In this document: positions 18,815 through 28,573 of the stretch, piece after piece
Numbering within the stretch: position 1 is the first letter of the stretch
How the letters are laid out: every line of letters begins with the position of its first letter
From: Candidatus Moraniibacteriota bacterium
Lineage (GTDB): Bacteria > Patescibacteriota > Minisyncoccia > Moranbacterales > UBA1568
Direction: 5' to 3'
DNA length: 64,000 bases
Assembly (NCBI GenBank): GCA_052035095.1
Contig: JBPOHW010000007.1
Span: 1,705 to 65,704, forward strand
Made by a program: the position numbers and the translations under genes
Notes under the pieces: generated by a model
Databases searched by the model: none
What the model was told of the DNA's origin: nothing
What the model saw: only the letters and a program-made list of their open reading frames with translations

Positions 18815-19739
18815 GGGAAATGCCCTCCTCATTCACAAAAGAATTCACATAAATTGCCGCGCACGCGAGATCGTCGAGCGGCCCATTGCCTGTCTTTTGC
18901 CAGGTCTTGGCCTGCCGCATCACGCGACGCGTCACAAACTGACCAGCCATCTGCTTGAATGCCAAGAGGCACGAAACCGCATCCTTCCAGTCCACGCCAT
19001 CTACTTGCATCACGCCATCAGAGAAGACAGCAACACACCGAATGTCTCCGCGAATAAATTTTTCCCGATCGATCGGAATCACAACTCCATCCATCACGTC
19101 GCGAAAAACATGCACGATCGGCTCTTGCTGTTGAAACTCCCCACTCGCTGAAACATGCCATACTTGATGAATCGGACGTTCTACCAAGATATTCCCTCCA
19201 TGAAACTCTTGAAGAAACTGTGCAACTCCCTCTTGTCCATAGGACGGATAGAGCGGCGCACCAACCTCCATTCCATCAGCGCCTTTCCCTTTCCAATCGA
19301 ACCGATGCACCTCCATCGTCCCGTCCGTATATACAATAGCCGCAACGCCATCACCCTGTACACAAACAACTCCAGTATACGGCGTGAGAATAATCGTAAG
19401 GCACGTCGCCACCAAATCATTCGTTCGCAGACCGAGAGTCTCCCGAGCTGTTGCAAAATGAATCTGTTGACGCATGTGAAGATCAGTCGGAACGATCTGC
19501 CAATCCGGTTGTTCAATAACAAGACGGCTCTTCAAAATCACCGAGGTCGTCGAACGCGCGACAACTCGCGCGCCCACGTCAGTCTCTCCGCCCGTTGAAC
19601 ACCCATCAGCAACAACCGCTACCGCTACCGGATCCGATACTCCCGAAAAAGCATAATCCTGGCACGGCTTTCCGGCCGTGAGATGATCATGCCCGATACA
19701 GAAGTAATGGTCGGTTTCAAACTGAATAACTGTACTCAT
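18807..19739 (-). CDS. PP2C-family Ser/Thr phosphatase (TerY-P triad phosphatase)
   Basis: Trimmed to ATG at 19739 (SD GGAG at -7). Asp-rich metal-binding motifs (VADGCSTGG..., VQGDGVAAIV, VFSDGVMQVDG) are consistent with the PP2C fold. Confidence 0.55.
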   Translation of the reverse strand: MSTVIQFETDHYFCIGHDHLTAGKPCQDYAFSGVSDPVAVAVVADGCSTGGETDVGARVVARSTTSVILKSRLVIEQPDWQIVPTDLHMRQQIHFATARETLGLRTNDLVATCLTIILTPYTGVVCVQGDGVAAIVYTDGTMEVHRFDWKGKGADGMEVGAPLYPSYGQEGVAQFLQEFHGGNILVERPIHQVWHVSASGEFQQQEPIVHVFRDVMDGVVIPIDREKFIRGDIRCVAVFSDGVMQVDGVDWKDAVSCLLAFKQMAGQFVTRRVMRQAKTWQKTGNGPLDDLACAAIYVNSFVNEEGISHG

Positions 19740-19845
19740 TAGTTCACACTCCACATCACAAAATCACAAAGAGAGAAAACGGCGAACGGGTTGTGGCCCG
19801 CCCGCCGTGTTATTTAACCTACACCTTTTCGACAGTCGATGACTT

Positions 19846-20598
19846 TTAGAATGTCGCCTGCTGACTTGCTCCACCAGTACCCAATGCTTGAGACTGGGAC
19901 GAAATCGAGCGAGACACAAAGTCTGCCAATTTCGCCAATTTTTGTGGCGTTGCGTCGCCGGCATCCACATATTGCGCGATGCCAGTTTCTCTTTGCCACC
20001 CTTCCAGTTCTCGACGACAAGAAGAAGCGTTTATTCCAACCAGGATCGTCACCAACGACTCAAGAATTTCTTCCTTCGTCGCAGTCTCGATCTGATCTCT
20101 CACGGCCTGGGTACTCATCATTGAAGCATTTTCGCCACCATCCGTGATAAGCACTCCGATGCCATTGACGGAGAAATCCTGATCCGTAAGCGTCTTGCCA
20201 TAGTCCTTCATAGCGCCGAATGCGGAATACGCGGCATCATTGAGCGGCGTCATACCGGTTGGGGAGAAATCCGGATACGCCACAGGATCAATATCCTTGA
20301 GCGCCTTAAATCCGTGAATCTCCCTGACATTCCCCGGAATCGTCGAGTTGAATTCGACGACCCGCACCAGTAGGTTATTCGCCCGAGGAGACTTTTTACA
20401 AGCATTAACAACCGCAACCACTGCCTTCCGTAACTCAGCCGCAAAAGCAAATGTCGAGCCCGTCGTATCCGCCGCGATCGTCGCAAGCGTGTACTCGGTC
20501 GCGCCGAGCTTTTCCACGCGAGCCGCCGTGAAATTGAAATTTCCACCACCGGTAATCCGATGGGACTGCATGTCATCATTCTGTGCCAAACGTGGCAT
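19846..20598 (-). CDS. von Willebrand factor A domain protein (TerY-like)
   Basis: MIDAS-like DTTGST motif and a downstream LITDGGEN (TDG) motif. 250 aa. Confidence 0.6.
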   Translation of the reverse strand: MPRLAQNDDMQSHRITGGGNFNFTAARVEKLGATEYTLATIAADTTGSTFAFAAELRKAVVAVVNACKKSPRANNLLVRVVEFNSTIPGNVREIHGFKALKDIDPVAYPDFSPTGMTPLNDAAYSAFGAMKDYGKTLTDQDFSVNGIGVLITDGGENASMMSTQAVRDQIETATKEEILESLVTILVGINASSCRRELEGWQRETGIAQYVDAGDATPQKLAKLADFVSRSISSQSQALGTGGASQQATF

Positions 20599-20697
20599 GG
20601 TCTTTACCTCTCGTTACAACAGTTTTGGAATGGTAGCCACAGATTGCTCCATGGCTACCTGTTTTCACAACAACATCTTCAACAGAGGTGAACGCCC

Positions 20698-21507
20698 TTA
20701 AAAGTCCGTAGACTTCATAAGACGCACGCCTTGCTTTTGTACATCCCTGAGCCACTGCTTGGCCATAGCCGGAAAATCCGGTCCGCCAGGCACCGCGCCC
20801 ACAGGACTCGCGCAGTCAGTCAATATCACCAACTTCGATACATCGCCGATATTTGCCATGACCTGATTGACCGTGGCCATCACACAGTGTGATAGCGCTT
20901 CACCACACAGCAAGACAGTGTCCACTGTCTGCAGAACACGAATCAACCCTGTATTGAGACCCGTTGTCGGATCATTGGGATCCGGCACCTCAGCTTCAAG
21001 ACCGCCGTAGTGTTCCGTCCATGGGTTTGACCCCTTGGTCACGTAATCTACGTTAGCAAACTCTTTGTGCTCCCACTCCTGAAGTGCGATCATCAGTCTT
21101 TCTTGAACACACCATCCCGGAGTGCCGATGAGGCAATGGGTCGGCCACACCATAATCTGGTACTTGCCGCCCGCCTCCAGAGCATGAGCATAGTCAATCA
21201 TGTACTGGCGACGAGAAGAATCCCGCGGAACCCAAACGCCATTCTCGATATCCTGCGCGGATATGAGCGTGAATGGATTTGGGTTTTTCCCTTGAGCATC
21301 TTCCCACATCGCCGCATGGCCAACATCAATCATCCGATGACTATCCATGGTGACATGAATATCATCGAATCGATGACCGGAGCGCCGAATCAAATCGGCA
21401 ACACGATCCATATCCGCATTTGCTCCCGTGACCGGAAGCGTCGCCCCCGGAATATCCATGAAGTCATTCTGGGGATCAATAACGAACAAATGTATCTTTT
21501 TGGCCAT
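20698..21507 (-). CDS. Isochorismatase-family cysteine hydrolase
   Basis: Trimmed to ATG at 21507 (MAKKIHLFVIDPQNDF). Family DxQNDF motif and a candidate catalytic Cys in GEALSHCV. Confidence 0.6.
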   Translation of the reverse strand: MAKKIHLFVIDPQNDFMDIPGATLPVTGANADMDRVADLIRRSGHRFDDIHVTMDSHRMIDVGHAAMWEDAQGKNPNPFTLISAQDIENGVWVPRDSSRRQYMIDYAHALEAGGKYQIMVWPTHCLIGTPGWCVQERLMIALQEWEHKEFANVDYVTKGSNPWTEHYGGLEAEVPDPNDPTTGLNTGLIRVLQTVDTVLLCGEALSHCVMATVNQVMANIGDVSKLVILTDCASPVGAVPGGPDFPAMAKQWLRDVQKQGVRLMKSTDF

Positions 21508-21781
21508 TTCATCTACCTTCTTCAATTGTCAAGTTACTACATTTTCCTCGCCCCAACAAAAGGTTTTCCTTTCGTCGACAGAACCGAGGATACCACTCTC
21601 CTCAATCTTGAGCTTTCAGTCAAAAAACGAAAGCAGCCATTGAGAAGAGAAATTTACAACCGAATATTTCAGTTGCAAGCTTCTAAAACACTGAAAATGC
21701 TGCAAAACTTCGAGAACACTGCCGCCAACTGGGCATCAATATTATCACTAAGCGAGAAAGTCGCTTTCGCGATAACGAGAA

Positions 21782-21810
21782 AATTTATCATACTGACAAA
21801 AACTTGTCAA
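21782..21810 (-). promoter_or_regulatory. Candidate sigma70 promoter for the hydrolase-vWA-PP2C-kinase-membrane operon
   Basis: On the minus strand: TTGACA (comp. 21805..21810), 17-nt spacer, TAAATT (comp. 21782..21787). Confidence 0.35.
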
Positions 21811-21857
21811 GCTCCCCGTGTCAAAAAACTGGATGAGGGAATTTTTCTCGTTTTCTC

Positions 21858-23861
21858 TCACTTCTTTTTCTTCCCTTTCTTTTTTTCTTTTTTCTTCTCC
21901 TTTTTGTCCGGTTTCTCCTCATCCGGAATATTTTTTCCGAAACGACTCGCGAGCGCGTAAATATCGGTCGGCGACGAAGCATACGGAGTAAAGACCGTTT
22001 TCGGATATCGGTCGAGCACGCGATCAAGAAAATCTCGCCAGAGAGGCGCCGCGACATAGACGCCGTCCGCGCCGTATCGAAGCGGCGTATTATCATTGTT
22101 CCCCGCCCACACAGAAACGGCGAGATGGGGAGTATACCCCACCGTCCATGCGTCGTGGAAGTCTTGAGTCGTCCCCGTCTTCGCGGCGACTCGACCTCGA
22201 GGGAACGCGAGCGGACCGCCTCGTCCGAATATGGGCGCGCGAAAATCATCATCCGAAAGCATCGTATTAATGCGTCGCGCAACTTCCGGAGAGAGCACTC
22301 GCGTCTCCTCAACAGTCGGCGTTTCCCGAAACGATCCATCGGCATTTTCAACCGAGAGCACGAATCGAGGCGTGCGGCGCACACCCTCCGAGGCAAACAC
22401 GGAAAACGCGCTCGCCATATCAAGCGGCAACACTTCCGCCCCGCCCAAAACAAGCGCGAGTCCATAGGGTCGCCCATCATCCAAAGTCGAGATGCCGAGA
22501 CGCTTCGCCAATTCAATCACATCAGAAACACCGGAAACGGCAAGTGTCTGTACGGCGGGAATATTCAAGGACTGCGGAAGTGCCTCTTTCATCGGAAGCG
22601 CTCCGCGATACTTGCCGTCGTAATCCTTCGGAATATAGTCGCGCCCCGTCCCGTCAGGACCGAAGTTGGTCGGCACATCATAAACGAGCGTTTCCGGCTG
22701 ATACCCTTCTTCAAACGCGCGTGCGTACGCAAACGGTTTAAAGGCCGAGCCCGGCTGGCGCGGACGAAGTGTCACATTCACTTTTCCATCAATATCCGCA
22801 TCAAAATAATCGCGGCTCCCCACCATCGCAAGCACATCGCCCGTCGAGACATCGACCGCGACGAGCGCTGCGTTCTCGGCGCCATACGAAGCATTGCGCT
22901 GAACCCCGTTTCGAACCGCCACCTCCGCCGCCTCCTGAAAATCAAGATCCAGCGTCGTCCGAATGGAGAGTCCCCGCGTCTCGAGAAAATCCCGTCCATG
23001 ATACTTTTCCAAGGCATCGATCACTGCAAACACAAAATGCGGCGCGCGAATCGGCGCCTCAATCGGGCGAATTTTCGCGAGCGTATTTTCGCTCCGCGCG
23101 AGTTCGACCTCGTACGGCGTCGCCACTCCGTCCTCCACCATACGGGAGAGAATCATCAACTGCCGGGCGCGAAGTTCCTTCCGATGCGATCCATACGGCG
23201 AGTAATACGTCGTCGCTCGCGGAAGCGCGGAAAGAAGCGCTGCCTCATCGAGCGAGAGTTCGCGCGCGCGCTTTCCAAAAAAAACTTTCGCCGCGCGTTC
23301 GATACCGTACGCATTCGAACCGTACGGAACGATATTGAGATACAGATCGAGAATTTCATCTTTCGTGTAGGCGCGCTCGATTTTTATAGCGAGTATCGCC
23401 TCGCGAATTTTTCGCGTATAAGTTTTTTCATTCGAGAGAAACACGATACGGGCAAGCTGCTGCGTAATAGTTGAGGCGCCTTGTTCGATAGAACCGCTCT
23501 CAACATTGACCCGAGCCGCACGAAGAATTGAAAAGAAATCAACGCCGATATGCCGAAAAAACGACCGGTCCTCCGCGGCAACTGTCGCCCGACGAACACC
23601 ATCCGGAATATCCTCATGCCCGATCACCGTGCGATTTTCTTCTCCGTGAAGCTCATAGAGTAAGACCGTTCCCGTCCGATCATAGATACCCGATGTTTCC
23701 GAAAGCCTCCGATTGAGAAGTTGCGTAATATCCGTCGTATCGGAAAAATAGAGTGCGAAAAAACCAAGCATCACTCCGATACCGATACAAAAAATCCAAT
23801 ACGCGCTCTCCCACACGCATGAAAAAAGAATCGTCACACATCGTTTCCCCCACACATTCAT
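21858..23861 (-). CDS. Class A penicillin-binding protein (transglycosylase + transpeptidase, PBP1A-type) with Lys-rich C-terminal tail
   Basis: N-terminal TM. GT51 motifs (EDRSFFRHIGVD..., ITQQLAR). Transpeptidase SxxK/SxN/KTG(T) region. C-terminal PDEEKPDKKEKKKEKKKGKKKK tail. Confidence 0.85.
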   Translation of the reverse strand: MNVWGKRCVTILFSCVWESAYWIFCIGIGVMLGFFALYFSDTTDITQLLNRRLSETSGIYDRTGTVLLYELHGEENRTVIGHEDIPDGVRRATVAAEDRSFFRHIGVDFFSILRAARVNVESGSIEQGASTITQQLARIVFLSNEKTYTRKIREAILAIKIERAYTKDEILDLYLNIVPYGSNAYGIERAAKVFFGKRARELSLDEAALLSALPRATTYYSPYGSHRKELRARQLMILSRMVEDGVATPYEVELARSENTLAKIRPIEAPIRAPHFVFAVIDALEKYHGRDFLETRGLSIRTTLDLDFQEAAEVAVRNGVQRNASYGAENAALVAVDVSTGDVLAMVGSRDYFDADIDGKVNVTLRPRQPGSAFKPFAYARAFEEGYQPETLVYDVPTNFGPDGTGRDYIPKDYDGKYRGALPMKEALPQSLNIPAVQTLAVSGVSDVIELAKRLGISTLDDGRPYGLALVLGGAEVLPLDMASAFSVFASEGVRRTPRFVLSVENADGSFRETPTVEETRVLSPEVARRINTMLSDDDFRAPIFGRGGPLAFPRGRVAAKTGTTQDFHDAWTVGYTPHLAVSVWAGNNDNTPLRYGADGVYVAAPLWRDFLDRVLDRYPKTVFTPYASSPTDIYALASRFGKNIPDEEKPDKKEKKKEKKKGKKKK

Positions 23862-23954
23862 ACGGAATCACCTGGAATAAAGAATCATAACCGACTTCCA
23901 AACAGCCCTGCATCCAGAATTTCAGTATAGAAACTTTCGGCCTCGACGGAAAGA

Positions 23955-23983
23955 TTGACGCGAAGCGAGTTTTGATGTATACT
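23955..23983 (+). promoter_or_regulatory. Near-consensus sigma70 promoter (TTGACG-17-TATACT)
   Basis: ttgacg (23955..23960), 17-nt spacer, tatact (23978..23983). Drives the transcript containing the 24006..24036 hairpin and the 24070..24252 small ORF. Confidence 0.55.
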
Positions 23984-24005
23984 GGTCTTGTTGGAAGGTA
24001 CGGAA

Positions 24006-24036
24006 CGGGTGAGGCCGAAAGGTCGCGCCCGTTTTT
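24006..24036 (+). terminator. GC-rich GNRA-capped hairpin + U5 about 15-45 nt downstream of the predicted TSS (attenuator/terminator or tiny sRNA 3' end)
   Basis: cgggtgaGGCCgaaaGGTCgcgcccg followed by ttttt. Confidence 0.45.
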
Positions 24037-24069
24037 GTGTCTTCTTCTTAATTCGTAAGTTCACGCGTT

Positions 24070-24252
24070 ATGGACAATGAAATGCGTGAAGGTGATGGTA
24101 CTACCTGCACCCACGAAGGTGGCTGCCAGTGTACTGCCCCACAAGAGGCAGAGGGTCAAGAGGGACCGCACGAGGAAATTACACTCGCGTTTCTCCTTGC
24201 ACTGATGCCCTTGGTCGTCCTCACCTTCTTCGGACAAGTCGGCCTCATATAA
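24070..24252 (+). CDS. Hypothetical 60-aa Cys-containing small membrane protein
   Basis: MDNEMREGDGTTCTHEGGCQCTAPQEAEGQEGPHEEITLAFLLALMPLVVLTFFGQVGLI. Bracketed by the promoter/hairpin upstream and a terminator at 24287..24318. No obvious SD. Confidence 0.35.
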   Translation: MDNEMREGDGTTCTHEGGCQCTAPQEAEGQEGPHEEITLAFLLALMPLVVLTFFGQVGLI

Positions 24253-24286
24253 TACACGGTCGACTCGTCCCCCTTTTCCCCTTGCA

Positions 24287-24318
24287 AAAAATCTCCCCGA
24301 AAGAGGAGATTTTTTGTT
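24287..24318 (+). terminator. Rho-independent terminator (atctcccc-gaaa-gaggagat + T6)
   Basis: aaaaaatctccccgaaagaggagattttttgttt. Confidence 0.65.
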
Positions 24319-24468
24319 TGACACTCGTCATCCCCGAGAAATCGGGGATCCAGGTTCCACCAGCTTCCAGGAGGCGCGTTACAAATTTCATTCGTGGGGC
24401 GATTGTGTTTGATAAGTAGTGACTGGATTTCCGCCTTCGTGGGAATGACAGAAAAGAAAGTTTTATTT

Positions 24469-26205
24469 CTAAAGCGCCGGCTGTTCCGGTGACGAAGAAG
24501 TGGAGGGAGGCGCGCTCACAGAAACCGGTTCAGGAGAAGAGTTAACCTCAGGCGCCACCACCTCTATCGTCTTATTCTTTGTCTCCTCTCCAAACCACGC
24601 CTGCCCCTCGCGAAGCATACGCCACTGAAATTCGTACTTCCCCGGCTTCTCGGGGGCGGTCACCGTGAAGCTCAGGGTGATCTTTTTCTTTGGCTCGACG
24701 GTATTCCCGGGAAAAATAAAGACTCGCCCACCCCACGTGGCATTGTCCTGCGGATTTTGAGATCCCAATCGATATCCCTTCTCATCCGACCACACGGTTG
24801 TTCCGGTGTTCTTCATCGTGACGGATACGTCGTATTTTTGACCGGCAATCATTCGTTCCGGCACCTCTTGCTCGTCAAAGTTCGCATCGTCTCGTTCTTC
24901 TTTCTTCCCGCCTTCCGAAATAGAGTCATCAGAATCGAGTGGCACGCCCCGGAGCGAAACGATGTTTTCCGTCCCCTCTCCGGAAATCGCCGACTGTCGC
25001 AAGAGTCCATTCATCACATCTTCATCTTTGCACGAGTAGCGATTGTCCGGGGAATAGAAACTTTTCTTGGCGCCATAACACCCATCATTCTTATCGTAGA
25101 GCGTCGCCAAAAACGGAAAGAGGAATCCGGTTTTTCCCTCCGCCGTATTGAATTTTTCATGAAGTTTCCGGAGCGCTTTCGCGCGATCCTCCCGATCCAT
25201 CTTGGCAAAAACCGCCATATCATCGCCCTTGATACCGCTCCAATCAAGGTGAAGCAGCACCATATTCGCGTGTTCGGAATACTTTTCGTGCCAGAGAAGC
25301 GCCCAACACCATCCCTCGTATCGCGACGCGCACGGTTTTTCCTCAATATCGCCATCGCGCTTGATACCGACACCGCCCTCGATATAGTCAAAAAGTTGAA
25401 GATACTTCTTACTCGTAATCGTATTGGTCTGCGCGCCGATCGCGATTTTCATCCGCCGCTCCGACGCGTAGCGACGCATATCGGCGAGAATATCAGCCGC
25501 TTCCGTTCGATCGGCATCCTGAAACGCGATTTGTCCAAAGAGAAAACTTCGCACCCCCATATCCATCGCCTTTCGCGTCACATCTCGCACATACGCCCGG
25601 TAGTCGTCGCTTTCAAAAGACGCCTTGCAGGTGTTCTTCCCCCAGAAACCGGCGCTTTCCGGCCGGCACATATCGGAGAATTTCAAGACGCGATTTTCGA
25701 GCGACGAGTAATACTCTGCTTCCGTATTGAGCGCCTCGGAAATAAACATACCGTAGACGACATTCGGCTTGGTAACGAGTTGTTGTACGCGGCGAGCGAG
25801 CTCGAAATCCGGAGGATTGAGCCATGACTCGACCGCGCGATGAAGATACAGGCACTCGGAGCGATTGATAAGTTCAACTGACGCCTTTGTATCACCGCCA
25901 TAGCCGGAGAGGAGCCCATCGGCGACACAGCCGCGCCGACGCATCACCTCGAGAAGCCCGGTCGGACGCTCGACGCTCGCTCCGGACTCGGACTCGATAT
26001 CAAGAGACACCAGCCAGATGAGACCTATAATGATACCCGAAACAAAAGCGAGAAGCAGTGTCCCCTTCCATGTCTTCACCTTGATCCGCTTCATGGAAAT
26101 GTAAGTGCGCCCCCACCAACTATGCACCTCTCGGGCGACCATATCGATTTCCCGCACCCGCGGTTCTCGGTCTTCATCGGTAAATTTTGGCACTTGGTCC
26201 ATCAT
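24469..26205 (-). CDS. Membrane-anchored hypothetical protein with C-terminal NBR1-like Ig-fold domain and Ser/Pro-rich tail
   Basis: 578 aa. TM near the N-terminus (LLLAFVSGIIIGLIWLV). C-terminal segment YDVSVTMKNTGTTVWSDEKGYRLGSQNP...GKYEFQWRMLREGQAWFGE resembles the bacterial N_BRCA1_IG-type domain. Confidence 0.5.
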   Translation of the reverse strand: MMDQVPKFTDEDREPRVREIDMVAREVHSWWGRTYISMKRIKVKTWKGTLLLAFVSGIIIGLIWLVSLDIESESGASVERPTGLLEVMRRRGCVADGLLSGYGGDTKASVELINRSECLYLHRAVESWLNPPDFELARRVQQLVTKPNVVYGMFISEALNTEAEYYSSLENRVLKFSDMCRPESAGFWGKNTCKASFESDDYRAYVRDVTRKAMDMGVRSFLFGQIAFQDADRTEAADILADMRRYASERRMKIAIGAQTNTITSKKYLQLFDYIEGGVGIKRDGDIEEKPCASRYEGWCWALLWHEKYSEHANMVLLHLDWSGIKGDDMAVFAKMDREDRAKALRKLHEKFNTAEGKTGFLFPFLATLYDKNDGCYGAKKSFYSPDNRYSCKDEDVMNGLLRQSAISGEGTENIVSLRGVPLDSDDSISEGGKKEERDDANFDEQEVPERMIAGQKYDVSVTMKNTGTTVWSDEKGYRLGSQNPQDNATWGGRVFIFPGNTVEPKKKITLSFTVTAPEKPGKYEFQWRMLREGQAWFGEETKNKTIEVVAPEVNSSPEPVSVSAPPSTSSSPEQPAL

Positions 26206-26314
26206 ACTATCACTATAACAGAAAACGACATTCGATAAAATCGAAGTGGATTTTCAATGACCAATTTTCAATTTCCAATATAAATCGAATCAAACGGACT
26301 TCCTTGAAAATTGA

Positions 26315-26899
26315 TCATTGATCATTGGACATTTTGCTCACATAGTACCCGACATCCGCCACCCACTTCTCCTCCGACGAATCAAGTGGCGTCCCGAGAA
26401 AGCCGCGTTTCCACACCACCAGTTTTCGCGGCGTATCGAGCCCCTGATCGAGAAGTTCCCGAAGACGCGCAGAAACCGTCATAACCGCCTCTCCGGGCGA
26501 GGCGAAACAGCTGTATCCCGAATCGGTCGTATCTTCAGAGCCGCGATACCCCCAATAATTGAAACAATTTTTCCCGTTTTTCTGCGGCGAAAATTTCCCC
26601 CAATTGCTTTCTTTCTTCGCGATCGCAACCAGGTACGTCGCCACTCGTTGATCGCGCGTCGCGATATACGGCACCATCCGCTCAATCGGATGCCCCGCAA
26701 CCAAAGCCTGAATCCTCATCTCAAAAGCGCTTTTCGATGATAAGGGGGATTTCATTTCATCATTCGCCCGCTTGCCGAATGATACCAAAAAAAATGTCAC
26801 CGCAAGCGCCGTTGCGAATACGAGTGCGAGCAGCAAAAGGTTTCGATCGGAACGCCGAAACCATCGAGAGTAGAGAAAGTTCTGTTTTGTTTTTGTCAT
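26315..26899 (-). CDS. Membrane-anchored hypothetical protein, possible glucosaminidase/peptidoglycan-hydrolase-like (weak)
   Basis: 194 aa. N-terminal TM. IAKKESNWGKF motif resembles the E-S-G-W-G motif of glucosaminidase domains. Confidence 0.4.
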   Translation of the reverse strand: MTKTKQNFLYSRWFRRSDRNLLLLALVFATALAVTFFLVSFGKRANDEMKSPLSSKSAFEMRIQALVAGHPIERMVPYIATRDQRVATYLVAIAKKESNWGKFSPQKNGKNCFNYWGYRGSEDTTDSGYSCFASPGEAVMTVSARLRELLDQGLDTPRKLVVWKRGFLGTPLDSSEEKWVADVGYYVSKMSNDQ

Positions 26900-26957
26900 A
26901 CCCTCACAAAGAAAAGGCGGGCACGTGCCCGCTCATTTCCGCCATACTAAACGCTAG

Positions 26958-27029
26958 AGCGGGCGACCGGAGTCGAACCGGCGTCCTCAGCTTGGAAGGC
27001 TAATATAATGGCCGTTATACGACGCCCGC
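26958..27029 (-). tRNA. tRNA-Gly (anticodon TCC), no encoded CCA
   Basis: Minus-strand sequence gcgggcgtcgtataacggccattatattagccttccaagctgaggacgccggttcgactccggtcgcccgct. Anticodon loop cuUCCaa. T-arm GGTTCGACTCC. 7-bp acceptor stem. U73. Confidence 0.85.
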
Positions 27030-27627
27030 GCTCCCCGAGACGAAACAGCTCCAGTATACCGCCACAAAAACACTTCTGTAAAGCAGTGAAGCAAGTCATC
27101 CGAAAATCCGATTTTCCCTCTCATCGATTTAGCAGACGACCATATATGAAAAGTGGTAGCGCTCATATCAAACAAGAGAACTGGACATATAGAAGAAGAC
27201 TTGCAGAATAAAGTCGGTCGGATACAAAGGAAAAGCGGATCATGTTGAGTGAATAATTTGTACCGAAAAAAGCGGAGACTCTGCAAAAATTTCTTTCTTC
27301 CAAGCAAAAAAATCCTTAAGGAGAAGCGAAACGAAAAAATTGTAACAGCGATATATATGCTCCATCAGAGACTCAGGAATGTGAAGGTTTTTCCAGAAAG
27401 AAAAGAAGGGCTCTGGCGATCGTACAAATCGTTGAATCCAACATGGTTCAAGTGGTCTATTGAGAAAAAACTCAAGGCATTGTACTGCGACTACTCACGT
27501 AGAGTACGAATTTTTTCAAAAAATCGCGAGCAACAACCAAACCATTAGATTCTTAAATGATTTACTGAGAAAGCTTGACATGGGAACGTGAATCAGGAAT
27601 CGAGCAGAAAAATGTAGAGAAGTGTTT

Positions 27628-28347
27628 TCACAACCCCACAAACGGATCCTGCTTGATATTTTCCTTTTCAATACCGAATCCGGCAAGTATACTCTCCATC
27701 GCTTTGGTAAATCCGGGCGTGCCCACAAGGTAATACAGTGGCGTATGCACGTCAGGAAGGTACTTCACAAGCATATCCGCCGTGATAAATCCCCGTTCTC
27801 CGTCCCACGATTGGCGAGATGTTTCCATATTCGTCATCGTAAGTACGCTTTTCAGTCGAATATTCGGAAACCCGTCAGTCATTTCCGAAAGAAACGCAGT
27901 ATCCTCGGGACGGTAGTTGGAATAGAAGAGAAAAAACTCGCGCCTATCGCCTTCGTGACTCGCCTGCCGCAGAATACTCCGCGCCGGCGTTATCCCGATG
28001 CCGCCCGTCAAAAACACCACCGGACGCGCGTCATTCGGAAAAAGCGTAAAGTGCCCAATCGGCGCCCCGACAATCATCCCATCTCCCGTTTTCAATCCGA
28101 CAACCGTTTGTTTATAGCCGGTCTCCGAAATTCGCATTGCAAAAAGAAGATGGTCATCCGAGGGCGCCGACGCGATCGACATACACCGATTGGGGCCTTT
28201 CGCATCTTCCACAACGAGCTTTGGCACGGTAAGAACACAATATTCCCCGGCGGTAAAAACAAAATCGTTCGGCTTTTCCAATTTGAGGACAAGTGTTTGT
28301 TCCGCCACTTCGAACGTCTCCAACACTTTTACGGAAAATGTTTTCAT
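27628..28347 (-). CDS. Ferredoxin-NADP(+) reductase-like FAD/NAD(P)-binding oxidoreductase
   Basis: 239 aa. FAD-binding RxYS-like motif (RCMSIAS). NAD(P)-binding GGIGITP. Confidence 0.75.
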   Translation of the reverse strand: MKTFSVKVLETFEVAEQTLVLKLEKPNDFVFTAGEYCVLTVPKLVVEDAKGPNRCMSIASAPSDDHLLFAMRISETGYKQTVVGLKTGDGMIVGAPIGHFTLFPNDARPVVFLTGGIGITPARSILRQASHEGDRREFFLFYSNYRPEDTAFLSEMTDGFPNIRLKSVLTMTNMETSRQSWDGERGFITADMLVKYLPDVHTPLYYLVGTPGFTKAMESILAGFGIEKENIKQDPFVGL

Positions 28348-28384
28348 AGAGCATAATAAAAAAGACTCTCGGACAATGACACTG

Positions 28385-28455
28385 TCGGGATGCCGGGAAT
28401 TGAACCCGGTCTACCTGCTCCCAAAGCAGGCGTACTACCGGTATACGACATCCCG
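28385..28455 (-). tRNA. tRNA-Pro (anticodon TGG), no encoded CCA
   Basis: Minus strand cgggatgtcgtataccggtagtacgcctgctttgggagcaggtagaccgggttcaattcccggcatcccga. Anticodon loop uuUGGga. C1:G72 and A73 are typical of bacterial tRNA-Pro. T-arm GGTTCAATTCC. Confidence 0.85.
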
Positions 28456-28573
28456 ACAGCATCATCGTCTCCAAGGCGCGCGTACTTTCCGGCACTACCA
28501 CGACCCGAAACATCTCCAGAGTAGCACGGGAAAACTCCCATTGTCCAACCAATTTTTGACAAAAAATCCTCAC

